DNA of 64,000 bases from Thermodesulfobacteriota bacterium. Its GTDB lineage: Bacteria; Desulfobacterota; Binatia; Bin18. The stretch lies in contig OZ219926.1 of the NCBI GenBank assembly GCA_964291405.2, positions 2,240,001-2,304,000 of the forward strand. Reading direction: 5' to 3'. Each line of letters begins with the position of its first letter. Within the stretch, counting starts at the first letter, position 1. A model generated the notes under the pieces. The model was not told the origin of the DNA, searched no databases, and worked only from the letters and a program-made list of their open reading frames with translations. Positions 34,966-44,761 of the stretch are shown here, piece after piece. The position numbers and the translations under genes are program-made.

Positions 34966-37368
34966 GTGCGGCGTCTGGTTTCCATTATCGGTATGATCTC
35001 TCTGAGCCTGAACCTGGGTTGGCTGAACTCCGAGGTCGAGGCGGCGTCTATTGCTGAACTCTCTGCCCGGGCGAAGCAGGCTCGGAGCAGGGCCAATGCG
35101 CTCAAACAGGGGAGTTGGGATGCGCAGGCCAAGCTGCAAGCCATTCAAATCCTGGGCCCGGCTGCCTTAGAGTTTGTTGCACTCCCCAATTTGGCCCAAT
35201 CAGTGAAAACCCCATCGAGCAAAAAAGCCATTCGCGATATCTACGAGACGCTCCAGGGCCCACTCAACGATATCTATACCGGCAGTTTCAAGCGTGTTGA
35301 CCAGATGACGCAGGATGTCATTGCGCGGGATGGCGACCTGGAGGCCGTGCAGGACTCACAGGAATACCGGGCGGAACAAGGGGTGGCTGCGCGCGCCTTA
35401 TACTTCTTGAACTGGCTGAACTATATCGGCTCGTTCACGTTCGATGAGAAGAAAAAGGAAACCCTGCTGACCAAAGCCATGAACGGCTTCGGGGAATTCG
35501 CGGTTGGCGATCAGGCCTCACGGCTCAAGAACGAGAGTCTGTTCGGCCGAGCGCTGAGCGAGCGCGAACTCGAGAAGTTTGACTGGGCCATACGAGATTT
35601 TGAACTGCTGCTCAAACAGCCCGGCGTGTCTGCCGATATGAAACGGAAGGCCCAGAGGGCGCTGGAGCAGACGCGGCGCTATGCCAAGCGTGGCGGGAAA
35701 AGCCAACCTTCTCCGACGGAGTTGGCGCAAGCTCAATTCCAGCAGGCAAAAAATATTGCCAGGCAGAGTCGAAATGCGAGCGGCAAGAAGCGCAGCCAGT
35801 TGCGCGGTCAACTCCTGGGATTGATTCTTGAACTCCGCAAGGCCGGCGGGAAGTGGCAGGACCGAGCCGATGCGTTAATACAGGCAGAGCTGACACGCGA
35901 GGAAGAACTCGTCATCGCCGAGCAGGAAAACCCGTTTCCGCCCTGGTTGAAAGCCAAGGAGCATATGCAGAAACGGCGCTTTGCCAAAGCGGTCCCTTTT
36001 CTTGAGGAAGTCATTGCTTCAAACGATCCCAACGCTGCCGTGTATCAGACGGACGCGCAGTACTACCTTGGCGTTGGGCTGTACGAACAACGTCGCTATC
36101 GACAGGCCATCAATACCTTGGATACTTTCCTCAGCAACGGGGGAGCAAAGACCAAGCATGCGGCTGACGCGGAATACTTTCAGTTCAAGTCGGCGGAATC
36201 GTTATACGCACGGAACCAAAGTGCGCAGAACGGGCAGCTGTATGTGCAGGCGATTCGCGACTTTGCACGGAAATACCCCAAGCATCGATCCATCTACGAA
36301 GCCCACTTCCGACTAGGGGAGTACTACCAGGAGCAAGAGGAGTATTTGAAGGCGGCCGATGCGTATAAAAAGATACGCGGCGCGCCGGCGTTTCGGGTGC
36401 GAGCCGACTATGCCACGCTCCAGTCATACTTTGAAGTCCTGCACGCGATTGAAGGCGGCGATACCAGCAGTGGGCTGAGTGAAGATGAGATCCGCCAGCG
36501 GATTGGAACCAGCCTGGACGCCTATTGGAAGAACAGCGCGACCTTGGCTAAGAGCAGTCCCAGACTGATGAAGCGGGATCCCTATCGCGAATATCCAGGC
36601 AAGGTCAGCGTGATGCATGCCGTCTATTTGAGTCACGATATGGACGCAAACGCCGAACGGATCGTTTCTTTTCTGGAAGGCTTTGAAGAGAAATATCCGA
36701 AGCAGCCTGAGGCGTTTGAAACCGTTGCCCGGACCCGGCTGGTCGCCCTGCAGAAGACCGGACGCTATACCGAGCTCGCAAGAGACGTGGATACGATTTT
36801 AGAGCGTTATCAGGCCGACAAACAAGAGGAACTCCTTGCCGGCCTGTCTGGTGTGCTGGAAAAAGACATTCGCAAACTCCGCCGCCAGGATGATAAGGAC
36901 AGCGAACTCATTGCCAAGCGGACGCTGGTGCGCCTGCATGAAACATGGCTCAAGAATGATGGCGAATTTGCGGAGGATCAGTCCCCGGATCGTTTCCACT
37001 ATGATCTCGCTCAGCTCTATCTCGATACCCAGCAATACGACAAGGCTGAGCTTATCTATAAGGACCTGGAGCAAAAACAGGGTGCCTATGCCCTGGTCGC
37101 TATTGTCGGACTCGCCCAGGTCTCTGAGGTGCGAGGAGATAAAAAACGGGCGCTTGTCCTGTGGGAAGCCATGCTCAAGGGTACCCAGGTTGGTGATCCG
37201 CTGTGGTTTCGCGGGACGTTTGAAGTGGCCCGGCTGAATGACACCCTTGGCAATGCGGACCAAGCGTGTAAGACGGTCAATAGCGCTCAAAGAATGCTGA
37301 AACGGCTTGGTGATGCCAGTCTCAAGACCAAGATTCAGAACTTTGCCAGCCAAACGTGTGGGGCATAG
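34966..37368 (+). CDS. Large exported TPR protein (800 aa)
   Basis: AAGGAG SD plus GTG; signal peptide ending VEA-A; repeated TPR-like helices (AQYYLGVGLYEQRRYRQAI, AHFRLGEYYQEQEEYLKAADAY). Confidence 0.82.
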   Translation: MRRLVSIIGMISLSLNLGWLNSEVEAASIAELSARAKQARSRANALKQGSWDAQAKLQAIQILGPAALEFVALPNLAQSVKTPSSKKAIRDIYETLQGPLNDIYTGSFKRVDQMTQDVIARDGDLEAVQDSQEYRAEQGVAARALYFLNWLNYIGSFTFDEKKKETLLTKAMNGFGEFAVGDQASRLKNESLFGRALSERELEKFDWAIRDFELLLKQPGVSADMKRKAQRALEQTRRYAKRGGKSQPSPTELAQAQFQQAKNIARQSRNASGKKRSQLRGQLLGLILELRKAGGKWQDRADALIQAELTREEELVIAEQENPFPPWLKAKEHMQKRRFAKAVPFLEEVIASNDPNAAVYQTDAQYYLGVGLYEQRRYRQAINTLDTFLSNGGAKTKHAADAEYFQFKSAESLYARNQSAQNGQLYVQAIRDFARKYPKHRSIYEAHFRLGEYYQEQEEYLKAADAYKKIRGAPAFRVRADYATLQSYFEVLHAIEGGDTSSGLSEDEIRQRIGTSLDAYWKNSATLAKSSPRLMKRDPYREYPGKVSVMHAVYLSHDMDANAERIVSFLEGFEEKYPKQPEAFETVARTRLVALQKTGRYTELARDVDTILERYQADKQEELLAGLSGVLEKDIRKLRRQDDKDSELIAKRTLVRLHETWLKNDGEFAEDQSPDRFHYDLAQLYLDTQQYDKAELIYKDLEQKQGAYALVAIVGLAQVSEVRGDKKRALVLWEAMLKGTQVGDPLWFRGTFEVARLNDTLGNADQACKTVNSAQRMLKRLGDASLKTKIQNFASQTCGA

Positions 37369-37451
37369 ACGCCTCTTTGTTCTCGACCGTCTTCTGAGGG
37401 GCACGCCATCGTGCCTCTTCGCGCTTCTGTCTCAGAGGAAAATCTCGACTC

Positions 37452-39830
37452 ATGAAAATCGCTGACAACGCCGCAAAGAGGAAACGTGTCCCGCATCTGC
37501 CCGTCGAGGGAGGACATGTTTCCTCTTTGAATCCACGTTCCGCCTTCCACTGGGGCGGCTATGCACCTCGGGTCACGGAGGGTCGTTTGGTTGCCATGGA
37601 TGCCATGCCTGAGGATCCGGACCCCTCTCCTCTCGGGCGCTCCTATGTAGAGGCCGTCAATGACGCGCTCCGCATCCGCCAACCTATGGTGCGGGAAAGC
37701 TGGCTCAGGAACGGACCGGGCAGTGGAACCCGTGGGGGCGAACCTTTTATCGCGCTCGGTTGGGAGCGGGCGCTTGATCTTGTGGCCGCCGAACTCGAAC
37801 GTATCCGGAGCACATTCAGCAACCGGGCGATTTATGCCGGCTCGTACGGCTGGGGCAGTGCCGGCTCCTTCCATTTTCCCCAAGGACAATTGCACCGCTT
37901 CCTCAATCTCTTCGGTGGCTTTGTCCGTTCCATAAACACCTACAGCCACGCCGCGGCCGATGTGGCCATGCCCTATATTGCCGGGAATTTTTTTCGCCTG
38001 CTGGTCGAGCAGGCCTCATGGCAGACGATCGCTCGACATTCCGAACTTGTGGTGGCGTTTGGCGGGATGCCCCTCAAAAACGCGCAGGTAGCCTATGGTG
38101 GAGTAGCCCGGCATCGAACCCGAGAGGGTCTTGATGCCTGTCGACGGGCAGGTGTCGAATTCCTGAATATCGGTCCGGTGAAAAACGACACCGCCGACTT
38201 TCTGCGGGCTGAATGGCTGACCCCGCGCCCCAATACCGATGTAGCGCTGATGCTCGGTCTGGCCCATACCCTGGTCAAAGAGGGGCTGGCCGATTTTGAA
38301 TTTTTGACGCGGTACTGTGTCGGCTTTGAGCGGTTTCGACCGTATCTCATGGGCGAAAGCGATGGACAGTCTAAAGATGCGCACTGGGCGGCCGGTATCA
38401 CCGGCCTGAAGGCTGAGACGATTGCCACGCTGGCTCGGCGGATGGCCGCTAAGCGCACGCTGATTACGATAGCCTGGTCCCTCCAACGGGCGGATCATGG
38501 CGAGCAGAGCTATTGGATGGCAATCACCCTGGCCGCCATGTTGGGACAGATCGGCCTCCCCGGCGGAGGGTTTGGCTATGGCTACTCGTCCGTCGCTACG
38601 GTCGGAAACCCTTCCTCTCGTATTCCCTGGGCTACACTCGACCGCTGTGCCCACCCGGTTGACGATGTCATTCCGGTTGCCAGGATTGCCGACCTCCTGC
38701 TGAATCCGAACACGGAATTCGACTATAACGGACGCCGAGCGACCTATCCTGATATTCGTTTGGTCTACTGGGTGGGTGGTAACGTCTTCCATCACCATCA
38801 GGATTTGAATCGCCTGCTCCGGGCCTGGCAAAAGCCGGAAACCGTTATCGTCCATGAGCCATGGTGGACACCCATGGCGCGCCACGCGGATATCATCTTC
38901 CCGGCCACGACCCCGCTCGAACGCAACGACATGGTCTGCACGCCCCGCGACGGCTTTGTAGTGGCCAATAGACAGGCGATTGAGCCGGTCGGCGGGGCAC
39001 GGAACGATCATGATATTTTTGCGGACCTGGCCGAACGTCTCGGCTTTCGAGAAGGATTTACCGAAGGACGGGACGAAGCCGGTTGGCTGCGCCATCTCTA
39101 TGCGCTCTCCTGTGAACGCGCGCAGGAACGTGGTTTTGCTTTGCCTGACTTTGAGCAATTTTGGACGGACGGTTATTTTGAACTGCCGCTCCCGTCCGAG
39201 CCCCAGCCTTTTCTGTCCGCTTTTCGGACCGATCCCGATGCCCATCCGCTAGACACGCCGTCCGGAAAGATTGAGATCTGGTCGGAGCGTATTGCGTCCT
39301 ATCACTACGACGATTGTCCGCCGCATCCAACCTGGATGGAACCTGTCGAATGGCTGGGGAGTGAGAAAGCCGTACACTACCCCCTCCACTTGACTTCTAA
39401 TCAGCCGGTCGGCCGTCTGCACAGCCAACTCGACCAGGGATCGGTCAGCCGCAGTTCAAAAATCGCCGAACGCGAACCCCTGTGGATCCATCCGGCCGAT
39501 GCCCAGGCGCGAGGGCTGAGCGAGGGCGATATTGTCCGGGTCTTTAATGACCGGGGGCAATGTCTGGCAGGGGTTCGCATTACCGCCAATATCCAAAAGA
39601 GCGTGGTCCAGCTTCCCACAGGAGCGTGGTATGACCCGCTCGAACCGGGGTTGCCGGGATCATTGGAAAAACACGGCAACCCCAATGTGCTCACTCTGGA
39701 CAAAGGCACATCAAAGCTGGGTCAGGGGCCCAGTGCACACACGACTTTGGTTCAAGTCGAACGCTACCAGGGCGACCCGCCGCCCGTGACCGCGTTCGTT
39801 CCCCCGGAAATTCGCCGGGACGACGCTTGA
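37452..39830 (+). CDS. Molybdopterin (bis-MGD) oxidoreductase, BisC/TorZ/DMSO-reductase group, no Tat signal
   Basis: SAFHWG, RIRQPMVRESWL, YAGSYGWGSAG, WSLQRADHGEQ, RLHSQLD, HGNPNVLTLD; true start uncertain (possibly TTG 37527). Confidence 0.9.
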   Translation: MKIADNAAKRKRVPHLPVEGGHVSSLNPRSAFHWGGYAPRVTEGRLVAMDAMPEDPDPSPLGRSYVEAVNDALRIRQPMVRESWLRNGPGSGTRGGEPFIALGWERALDLVAAELERIRSTFSNRAIYAGSYGWGSAGSFHFPQGQLHRFLNLFGGFVRSINTYSHAAADVAMPYIAGNFFRLLVEQASWQTIARHSELVVAFGGMPLKNAQVAYGGVARHRTREGLDACRRAGVEFLNIGPVKNDTADFLRAEWLTPRPNTDVALMLGLAHTLVKEGLADFEFLTRYCVGFERFRPYLMGESDGQSKDAHWAAGITGLKAETIATLARRMAAKRTLITIAWSLQRADHGEQSYWMAITLAAMLGQIGLPGGGFGYGYSSVATVGNPSSRIPWATLDRCAHPVDDVIPVARIADLLLNPNTEFDYNGRRATYPDIRLVYWVGGNVFHHHQDLNRLLRAWQKPETVIVHEPWWTPMARHADIIFPATTPLERNDMVCTPRDGFVVANRQAIEPVGGARNDHDIFADLAERLGFREGFTEGRDEAGWLRHLYALSCERAQERGFALPDFEQFWTDGYFELPLPSEPQPFLSAFRTDPDAHPLDTPSGKIEIWSERIASYHYDDCPPHPTWMEPVEWLGSEKAVHYPLHLTSNQPVGRLHSQLDQGSVSRSSKIAEREPLWIHPADAQARGLSEGDIVRVFNDRGQCLAGVRITANIQKSVVQLPTGAWYDPLEPGLPGSLEKHGNPNVLTLDKGTSKLGQGPSAHTTLVQVERYQGDPPPVTAFVPPEIRRDDA

Positions 39831-39837
39831 GAGTAGC

Positions 39838-40182
39838 TTACGAAAATCGCTCCCAGGCGGCTTGCCGACTCACCCCGAGGGCCTTTCCGATTTGCGTCCA
39901 GGTGATCCCTCTCTGACGCAGGGTCTGCACATGCTGCTTGAGGATGTCTGCTACTGAGTGAACGGTGGTAGCCGCCGGGCGTAAGATGCGCAGGAGTTCA
40001 TCATCGGTGAGGGCATCCCAGCCTGGAAAGGCTGGGGTTGGTTCGCCGGCCAAGATCTTATTACACACCACCACACACGCGTCGCAAATATAGACCCCCG
40101 GCCCACCAATGAGTTTTGCGACAGCGTCAGAGTCCTTCCGGCAAAACGAACAGAAAAGCAGATCCTTCTCAGTGGTTCCCAT
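39838..40182 (-). CDS. ClpX C4-type zinc finger + HTH protein
   Basis: [21 protein letters not shown]; C-terminal [25 protein letters not shown]. Confidence 0.8.
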   Translation of the reverse strand: MGTTEKDLLFCSFCRKDSDAVAKLIGGPGVYICDACVVVCNKILAGEPTPAFPGWDALTDDELLRILRPAATTVHSVADILKQHVQTLRQRGITWTQIGKALGVSRQAAWERFS

Positions 40183-40357
40183 GACAGTCACTGGGATGGG
40201 GCGAGGCGGTCTTGCCGCCCAAGATCTTGTTACACACATCTACGCAGGCGTCACAAATATAGACCCCCGGCCCACCAATGAGCTTGTTCACGGTCTCTGA
40301 ATCTCTTCGGCAGAAGGAGCAGGAAAGGCGAGGTTTCTTTTTTGTACGTGCTCGCAT
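40169..40357 (-). CDS. Stand-alone ClpX C4-type zinc finger (possibly the 5' half of a frameshifted gene)
   Basis: GAGGAGG SD; [28 protein letters not shown], near-identical to the finger of the downstream ORF. Confidence 0.75.
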   Translation of the reverse strand: MRARTKKKPRLSCSFCRRDSETVNKLIGGPGVYICDACVDVCNKILGGKTASPHPSDCHGNH

Positions 40358-40379
40358 AGCAGCCTCCTCATAACGAATA

Positions 40380-40426
40380 TGTCAAGGATACCTTGACGAC
40401 TAAACCTTGTCAAGGAAATCTTGACA
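40380..40426. promoter_or_regulatory. Tandem palindromic operators TGTCAAGG-N3-(C/T)CTTGAC
   Basis: 40380-40398 and 40408-40426; each carries a minus-strand TTGACA directly upstream of the zinc-finger/HTH genes. Confidence 0.7.
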
Positions 40427-40462
40427 TCGTTCTACTGCGTCACACTGGCAGGCAGTACAAGC

Positions 40463-40987
40463 CTAAAAGTCTATGCTAAACCCCGCGTTCGCCTGGGTAC
40501 GCTCTTCAATGAGAAATCCCCGTGCGCCTGTATAGGAGCCAGGCGGGAAAGAGAGATAGCCACGGACTTCCGCGCCGGGTGCAATGGTCTGATCCGTGAG
40601 GATAGGAGTCGGACTGTCCTCGCTTGCTTCCAGCGGTCTCACGCGTTCGCCAGACTCGGCGCGTAACGAGACCTTATTGGCTTTGATCAGATAGGCGCGA
40701 TCGGTCCCATTGTGAATCTTCACTTCCACCACAAAATTTTCACTGTCCCGGGCGCGCTCCCACCTGTCGTCCGCGGCTCTGCGCATGTCGTCCGTGGTTC
40801 TGCGCATGGCGGAGGAGCCTCTCCCCGGCGGGACGACGATCTCCGGGGCTATTGCGTTCAATGGCCGGACCTGGACTTCCACATTCTGCGGCTGAGCCTG
40901 AAGAAGGGATTCTGGAAAAACGGATAAGACGCAAACCCCGAGGAAAAACAGACAAGAGCGGTAGACAAAACGCCAGCGGAAAAGCAT
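40463..40987 (-). CDS. Exported hypothetical protein (Ig-like, DUF4352-like)
   Basis: Signal-like segment ending LQA-Q; VEVKIHNGTD...IAPGAEVRGYLSFP; start uncertain. Confidence 0.6.
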   Translation of the reverse strand: MLFRWRFVYRSCLFFLGVCVLSVFPESLLQAQPQNVEVQVRPLNAIAPEIVVPPGRGSSAMRRTTDDMRRAADDRWERARDSENFVVEVKIHNGTDRAYLIKANKVSLRAESGERVRPLEASEDSPTPILTDQTIAPGAEVRGYLSFPPGSYTGARGFLIEERTQANAGFSIDF

Positions 40988-41180
40988 GGCCGTGATTGAG
41001 CGGGGATTTTTCGGGGGGTTTCTCATCGAAGCGTCCTTTATCACATGGTTATAAAGTAGAAGACGACATTGCTTCCTCGTCATGTATCCTCCCGAAAGAG
41101 AGGTTCTGTTGTCTGAATCACTTGCGGAACACCATTGTCGTGAAACCACTTGAAGACTGAGACGTCAATCTTGCATACCT

Positions 41181-41675
41181 CTACGATCCCCGAGAAGTGC
41201 GACGCAGGCTTTCCCTTCTCTGCAAATTCTCAGGAAAGAACTCAGCGTCAAGAATTTCTTCCAAGCGAAAAGGGCAGGCTGCGGGAAAGCGCGCAACTGT
41301 CAGACCGGTTTGGTTGGCGGCGCTCCGGCGGGAGCGGGGGTATTGCCGCTTGACAAATTCTGGGAGCTGAGGACGCAGACTGGGGCTGTCTTGGAGCAAG
41401 TCGGCAAGCGCATCTCGTACATTGTCAATACTGTCTCGCCAGCTTCCTGAGCGACGTTGTTTTTGCTTGGCCCATTTCAAAAGGTGGATGAGAAGATCCT
41501 TCAGATAGCTTTCGACCGCGCGCCGTTCACTCCGCCCCATGTCTTCCAACTCCTCCGCGAGCACCTCATAATCAATCTGGTCAAACTGACGAGCACGAAG
41601 ACGGGCCGCCTGTTCGAGGAGCCACGCATGGTAGTCGTGCTCAGAGAGGGGTGGTTTTGCTGTTGGAACAGCCAT
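41181..41675 (-). CDS. DUF29 family protein
   Basis: DYHAWLLEQAARLR, LAEELEDMGRSE, LLIHLLKW, DSPSLR, FPAACPFRLEEILD. Confidence 0.88.
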   Translation of the reverse strand: MAVPTAKPPLSEHDYHAWLLEQAARLRARQFDQIDYEVLAEELEDMGRSERRAVESYLKDLLIHLLKWAKQKQRRSGSWRDSIDNVRDALADLLQDSPSLRPQLPEFVKRQYPRSRRSAANQTGLTVARFPAACPFRLEEILDAEFFPENLQRRESLRRTSRGS

Positions 41676-41703
41676 GACATTTCCTTGTTCACATCGTTTC
41701 GCG

Positions 41704-42090
41704 CTATTTCGCATCCATATATTTCACTGGGACCAACCTGTGGCCAAGCATATCGACAGCCGCTCCGCATTGCTCAAGCGCGATATAGCCCAGTAATGGC
41801 TCGTATTCACCGTTCTCTGGCTTCATGTCTATAAACAGCACTTCGTTGTAAATAGATCGAAATCCTTCCACGGTTATTTTTACCGGACCGCAGACTGTTC
41901 CTTGGACGACTTCTTGCGTCGCTGTTTGCAGTTCAACCGTCTCCTCCGAAGCAAACGCGCCGAACCGGCTCTTCCAGTGTAACGGTAGGGTGAGATAGCT
42001 TGCTCCGGTATCAACCAGGGCGTCCAGTTTCATGGACGAGCCGGTTTCGGAGAAGTTTTCGATATCCACCGTTGCGACTATTCTTCCCAT
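41704..42090 (-). CDS. Retropepsin-like (clan AA) aspartyl protease family protein
   Basis: ALVDTGASYLTLP and EPLLGYIALE motifs. Confidence 0.8.
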   Translation of the reverse strand: MGRIVATVDIENFSETGSSMKLDALVDTGASYLTLPLHWKSRFGAFASEETVELQTATQEVVQGTVCGPVKITVEGFRSIYNEVLFIDMKPENGEYEPLLGYIALEQCGAAVDMLGHRLVPVKYMDAK

Positions 42091-42177
42091 TGCCTATTGA
42101 CTCCCGGTAGTTCTCTGCGGCTTACCAGTCAGATAAAAAAAAGGAAAGGTCTCAACCGTGTTCTTCCTTAGTCTCCG

Positions 42178-42227
42178 AGCATCCTGAGCGAAGTCGAAGG
42201 ACACTACCCTTCCCCTCAGAGGGGAAC
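42178..42227. repeat. REP-like units
   Basis: CCTGAGCGAAGTCGAAGG and TTCCCCTCAGAGGGGAA, related to units in the secretin linker. Confidence 0.55.
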
Positions 42228-42247
42228 TCCGCTACATATACCGCGCT

Positions 42248-42964
42248 ATGCCAACACAGGTGGATTCTCCAGGAATTCTGTATTTTATCGACCAGGGCGG
42301 GAATATAATGTATCTCATCATCGCCCTGTCCATTTTCGCGCTGGCTATTGTCCTTGCCAAGTTTTGGGGCTTGGCGCGATTTCGAACGCAGCTCAATCGG
42401 CTGTGTGAGCGCCTGCATCTCCTTATCCAGGGATCTGGAGGGAACCTCGACCAAGACGGCACCCTGAATGCGGCGCTCCAGGTCTGCCGCGAGCACAACA
42501 CGCCGCTCGGCCGACTATTCGAGGCGGCCTGCCTGCATCGCCTTGAGGAACGGACGGAGTTGACTCGGCGCCTGGAACGATTTGGAGGCGAGGTGGTGGC
42601 CGGGCTGGAGGCGTATATGACGGCCCTGGCAAGCGTGGTCGGAGTCGCGCCCATGCTGGGCTTCTTGGGCACGATTATTGGCCTGGTCGAAGCCTTTATG
42701 AGTTGGGAGACTCTGGGCGACCAAATTACCGTTGGCGTTCTGGCCGGTGGTATTTATAAAGCCATGTTGACCACGGCGGCAGGGCTGACGGTCGCCATCC
42801 CCTACTATCTTTTGTACAACCACCTGACCTCGCGCATACAGCGTTTGACCCGTCTGACCGAGACACGCACCGAAGAGCTCCTCGATGCCCTGACCGGGAC
42901 GACTGCGCAAGAAGCTCTCCCGGAGGCCGTACCGCTACAGGAGCCAACCCGTCATGCAGTTTAA
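42248..42964 (+). CDS. MotA/TolQ/ExbB proton channel protein (second copy)
   Basis: APMLGFLGTIIGLVEAF, GGIYKAMLTTAAGL. Confidence 0.92.
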   Translation: MPTQVDSPGILYFIDQGGNIMYLIIALSIFALAIVLAKFWGLARFRTQLNRLCERLHLLIQGSGGNLDQDGTLNAALQVCREHNTPLGRLFEAACLHRLEERTELTRRLERFGGEVVAGLEAYMTALASVVGVAPMLGFLGTIIGLVEAFMSWETLGDQITVGVLAGGIYKAMLTTAAGLTVAIPYYLLYNHLTSRIQRLTRLTETRTEELLDALTGTTAQEALPEAVPLQEPTRHAV

Positions 42965-43373
42965 ACGTAAGGCGAAAGTCTTGACGAGTATGGAGCCCCT
43001 GGCGCTGACTGATATCATCATCAATATGTTCATCTTCTTCTTCATCACCTTCAGTTTTCTGGCAACCTTTCAGAAAACACGCGAAGGCCAAGTCGATGTG
43101 AGCCTCCCCAAGGCTGCGTCTGCAAAACCTCCGGTTGAAAAAAAGCGCCTGAGTGTGAGCTTGAAGAAGGATGGCCAACTCTTCTTAGGTGAGACACCGA
43201 CGACTATTGCCGAACTCGAAGCCCGCTTTAAGGCCGAAAAGCTCCAAGGCGCGGACGTGACGCTTGTCATCCGGGCGGACGGCGATGTCACCCATAATCG
43301 AGTTGTTCAGGTTATGGACCTTGCGCGCACCGAAGGGCTCGGTCGTCTGGCCATTGCAACCCAGAGTCGCTAG
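42954..43373 (+). CDS. ExbD/TolR family protein (second copy)
   Basis: LTDIIINMFIFFFI, VSLPKA, VIRADGDV..VVQVMDLA. Confidence 0.92.
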   Translation: MQFKRKAKVLTSMEPLALTDIIINMFIFFFITFSFLATFQKTREGQVDVSLPKAASAKPPVEKKRLSVSLKKDGQLFLGETPTTIAELEARFKAEKLQGADVTLVIRADGDVTHNRVVQVMDLARTEGLGRLAIATQSR

Positions 43374-43440
43374 CGACTCGGGAGGAGGGGGACGAGCAAT
43401 CCTGCCTCTCCCAGGTCCGACAGCTAAAGCCCACTCAGGC

Positions 43441-44316
43441 ATGTCTCCCTGGCAAGAACGCAATCTGGCGGCAATCACCCGTCGCCTCACCCCACTCCGC
43501 CACTCCCCGCAAGGCATCCTCTTCGAGCGACGGTCTGCCTACAACCATATTGTCGTCAGGAGAAAACGTAATCAGTTCCTGCTCTGCTATCGACACCAGC
43601 AGAGTCGCGTTGAAGAAGTCCAATCTCGGCTCGACCCGCTCTCTCCGTTGGACCTCCTCTCCCCTTACACCCAGGCAATGTTGTTAGCCTTGGTGTGGTG
43701 TCCTCAACCTCGGCGTATTCTTTTTATCGGCCTTGGGGGTGGGCGGCTGCAAATGGTCTTGCACCATGTTTTTGAGCGGGCGCAACTGGATACCGTTGAG
43801 CTTGATCCCCTCGTGGTTGACATTGCTACCCGCTTCTTTGGGTTTCTCCCGGACGAGCGTCAGCGCACCGTGATTGCCGATGGCAGGTCGCATATACGCA
43901 CATTGGCGGCTGGGACGATGTACGATCTGATTATTCTGGACGCCTACCAAGCCGAAGGGGTAGCTCCTCATCTTTTGACCTATGACTTCTACTCCGAATG
44001 CTGTGCGCGTTTGGGACCCCATGGGCTGGTCGTTTCCAACCTGCACGCTTCTACACCCGTATATGATGCCGCGCGCAGGACGTTTGCCGCGGCCTTCCGA
44101 TATACGACTGCCTGCTCAGTACCGAGCGGTAATATCGCTGCGATAGGCAGTGATGCGGTTTCCCTGGACCTCAGGAAAATACAGGATCGAGTCGCTCTGG
44201 CAGAGCAGTCTGATATAAGCGGTCTGCCGCTTACAGCCTGGGCGAAGCATGTCTCTTTCCGTACCCCCTACCGGAGGAGGGCCTCTATCCTGCGAGATAG
44301 CAGACTTTCGTCATGA
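43441..44316 (+). CDS. Spermidine-synthase-like SAM-dependent methyltransferase
   Basis: ILFIGLGGG, VELDPLVVDIA, IADGR, YDLIILDAY. Confidence 0.85.
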   Translation: MSPWQERNLAAITRRLTPLRHSPQGILFERRSAYNHIVVRRKRNQFLLCYRHQQSRVEEVQSRLDPLSPLDLLSPYTQAMLLALVWCPQPRRILFIGLGGGRLQMVLHHVFERAQLDTVELDPLVVDIATRFFGFLPDERQRTVIADGRSHIRTLAAGTMYDLIILDAYQAEGVAPHLLTYDFYSECCARLGPHGLVVSNLHASTPVYDAARRTFAAAFRYTTACSVPSGNIAAIGSDAVSLDLRKIQDRVALAEQSDISGLPLTAWAKHVSFRTPYRRRASILRDSRLSS

Positions 44317-44425
44317 ATCGTTGGTGTGGACCTCGCTGTCGCTTCTTCATTACTTGCTTCCATCGCCGCATGTTTTCAGCTACAACCCTTGCAAAAGCAA
44401 TCCGACTTGCTCCTAAGGCTGCCGT

Positions 44426-44761
44426 ATGTCCGCCAGACACCGCTTATATCTCCGGGTCGGAGATTATGTGATCCATCGCCGCTATGAAGAATGGGGGACG
44501 GGGAAGGTTGTCGAGGAGATGACCTCGGTCCTGGAAGGTGGGACCTGTCTAGCGCGGGTGAACTTTGAGGATGGGCAGCAGCGCACCTTTGATAATAATC
44601 TTGATAGCCAGTCCTGTTGTTATTTTTTTGGTGTGCGGCGCCATGAGCATCCCTTGTTGGACCCGGACGGTGACCCTGATTTCGCTATCGCTTCTCAGAA
44701 GCCTGTAAAGCGACGGACTCAACGGACAAAGCGCACGGCCAAGCGTCTCCCCCGAGGCTAG
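44426..44761 (+). CDS. DUF3553-like small SH3-type protein
   Basis: GDYVIHRRYEEWGTGKVVE..ARVNFEDG; its stop codon is supplied by the CTAG end of the MITE. Confidence 0.7.
   Translation: MSARHRLYLRVGDYVIHRRYEEWGTGKVVEEMTSVLEGGTCLARVNFEDGQQRTFDNNLDSQSCCYFFGVRRHEHPLLDPDGDPDFAIASQKPVKRRTQRTKRTAKRLPRG

Noticed and set aside
37369-37520. Possible Moco riboswitch before the molybdoenzyme
   Set aside because: Only a simple hairpin (GAGGGGCACG/CGTGCCTCTT) is visible; the conserved motif could not be recognised. An Infernal/Rfam scan would settle it.
38016-39245. 409-aa minus-strand ORF
   Set aside because: Antisense to the molybdopterin oxidoreductase; no recognisable features.
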